Shown piece after piece: positions 62,411-64,000 of a DNA stretch of 64,000 bases. Each line of letters opens with the position of its first letter. The first letter of the stretch is position 1. The notes under the pieces were generated by a model that searched no databases, was not told the origin of the DNA, and saw only the letters and a list, made by a program, of their open reading frames with translations. The position numbers were made by a program, and so were the translations under genes. Source of the stretch: Pavona decussata (lineage: Eukaryota); assembly GCA_977016875.1 (NCBI GenBank), contig CDRNST010000058.1, forward strand, positions 3,906,001 to 3,970,000, in the 5' to 3' direction.

Positions 62411-64000
62411 ATTTTTTTAAGGTTTAACCCAAACCTGACTGGTCAATGCCACACGACTTCGTGACTGTTGGCTTAAGGCTTAACAAGATTTTAAAATTGT
62501 ACCAAGCTTTTAAATCTCAGGAAGAGAACTCTTCCAATTAAAGCCCGGCCTTAGAAAGTTTCTGGACATCTGGACACTAAAATAACATGTCAGTTCTTAT
62601 CTCAAAATTTTCAAGAATGATATTTCACAATTTTGATAAAACCCACTTATTAGTGAATCCTTTGTGGTTGTTTAACGTGTTAGGTGAGATATTTCCATGT
62701 AAAACAAGATTTAGTCTCCAGCTTTGGCCTGTATGTTCTCAAAACATGACCGTCAATTACAGTAAGCATGATAACAAAAATAAAGCAACACAAAACTGCA
62801 GCCAACTGCAGAAACCCTTGCTTTTGGTTGATTTTCTCCAAAAAGGAAAGTTAAGCAGAACTTCAAACGGCAATTTTTCATCGAAAATCTTTGGAAAGAT
62901 CGAAAAGAACATTTCATTGTCTTATAATTAGTTTCTTTATGCAGCAGTTACGCACAGTACTATAGCTTCCATACGCGACATCTCGAGTAACTCAGGAAAT
63001 ATGCAGCGACATGGACGCTACAGATGATACTCTAACTTTCTGCAAAATGCAGACGTTTGCAAAATTAGAAATCAGGAGAACCCTGACTCGGACACGCTCT
63101 TACTCCTCATGGTCTTATAAGATCTGTTTAATATTCCAGCCGCAAAGCAGCGTTACAATCAAACTAAACTATAAGAGAGAAGCTTTGTCTGGAGTATGAG
63201 CATGTGAAAGGTATCGCTTCTACCATCACGCTTATCACCTTTTGTTGGTTGATGATAACAAACCTCTAGGGGATGGTCGTGGTATAATTATCGCTGACGA
63301 CTTTAAGACTCCAACATTTCTTCTGTAGGAGTTGGAATTCGAAGTGCTGCTTATATGCTGTCAAACAAACCTGCTCAAACTGACAAAAAATCAAGAAAAT
63401 CAGTTGAGGATTACATACTGACTCTACGTAGATTCTTGTCCTCCTGCAGTTACGATCCATCATCTGCTCAGTGACAAAGATTTGATCTCAGACCGAAAAT
63501 AAATGACTATTCTGACAAAGATAGTTAGGAAACTGCACAACAGCCCTTAAACTTGAAGGATCCTACGCTTGAGCGACGCCTTTCATAAAAAAGCAAGAGC
63601 ACTGTAGTCACGGAATATATGCACCCTATCAATCTTCAGCTAGCGGTTGACAGGCACCACGAAAAATTGGAAGGCAGCTGACATAATGGTTTCACTGGCA
63701 AGAAATGAATATCGACACTGAGATATATGGGCGCGACCATGTTAGGTTGCCACACTGTGGGCCCAAATAAAGCCAGCCCCAGAGCAACTCCACACGACTA
63801 TCTGTCAAGTTATTTTAAATGCTCACCACTTAGTTCCGTGGACTTTTGTGTCCATTCCCTTTGAGCGAGTATCTCTTTAATGCAACCTCTTGGTATATCT
63901 CAAGGTCCACATCTTCGCAACGCAGGGATTACTTGATGTCATCACATCTCTTAATCTACTGACCATGCTGCACTTTGCAAACAAATTGGCATCTGTGTAC

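Noticed and set aside
62420-64000. Possible very old LINE remnants on the minus strand
   Set aside because: Only faint motif echoes (e.g. LQED, LTAYK, LGP); too degraded to support boundaries or a clade.
1-64000. CRISPR arrays, rRNA or prokaryotic operons
   Set aside because: No repeat-spacer arrays or rRNA motifs were seen; the sequence is intron-containing eukaryotic DNA.

Overview
This is eukaryotic, AT-rich, repeat-dense genomic DNA. The repeat families and gene types point to a cnidarian, most likely a scleractinian coral (inference). I assembled three spliced protein-coding genes by hand from GT-AG junctions with consistent phases. (1) A 19-coding-exon, ~1378-aa receptor tyrosine kinase on the minus strand (CDS 34307->18120). 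It has a RET/FGFR-like kinase and an unusual ectodomain: signal peptide - LamG/ConA-like - FN3 - Cys-rich three-repeat domain resembling the biomphalysin small lobe - LamG - FN3 - FN3 - TM. (2, 3) Two paralogous, unrecognised secreted precursor genes on the plus strand (42499-44993, 209 aa; 60306-61484, 170 aa). They share a signal peptide, intron positions and a conserved ~120-aa pro-domain, but carry unrelated C-terminal cargoes: a 41-aa Arg-rich (+13) tail ending WGR*, and a furin-released 15-mer SPCFLCFGCGWIQAS. This 'constant pro-domain + swappable peptide' pair is the best candidate for an undescribed system. The rest consists of two non-coding tandem segmental duplications (2178-bp and ~3.8-kb units), decayed Gypsy, RTE, CR1/L2 and Tx1 retroelements, tRNA-derived SINEs, and Kolobok-, Harbinger-, P- and Tc1-type non-autonomous DNA elements, several of them nested. 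Homology calls are from motif recognition only; no searches were run.
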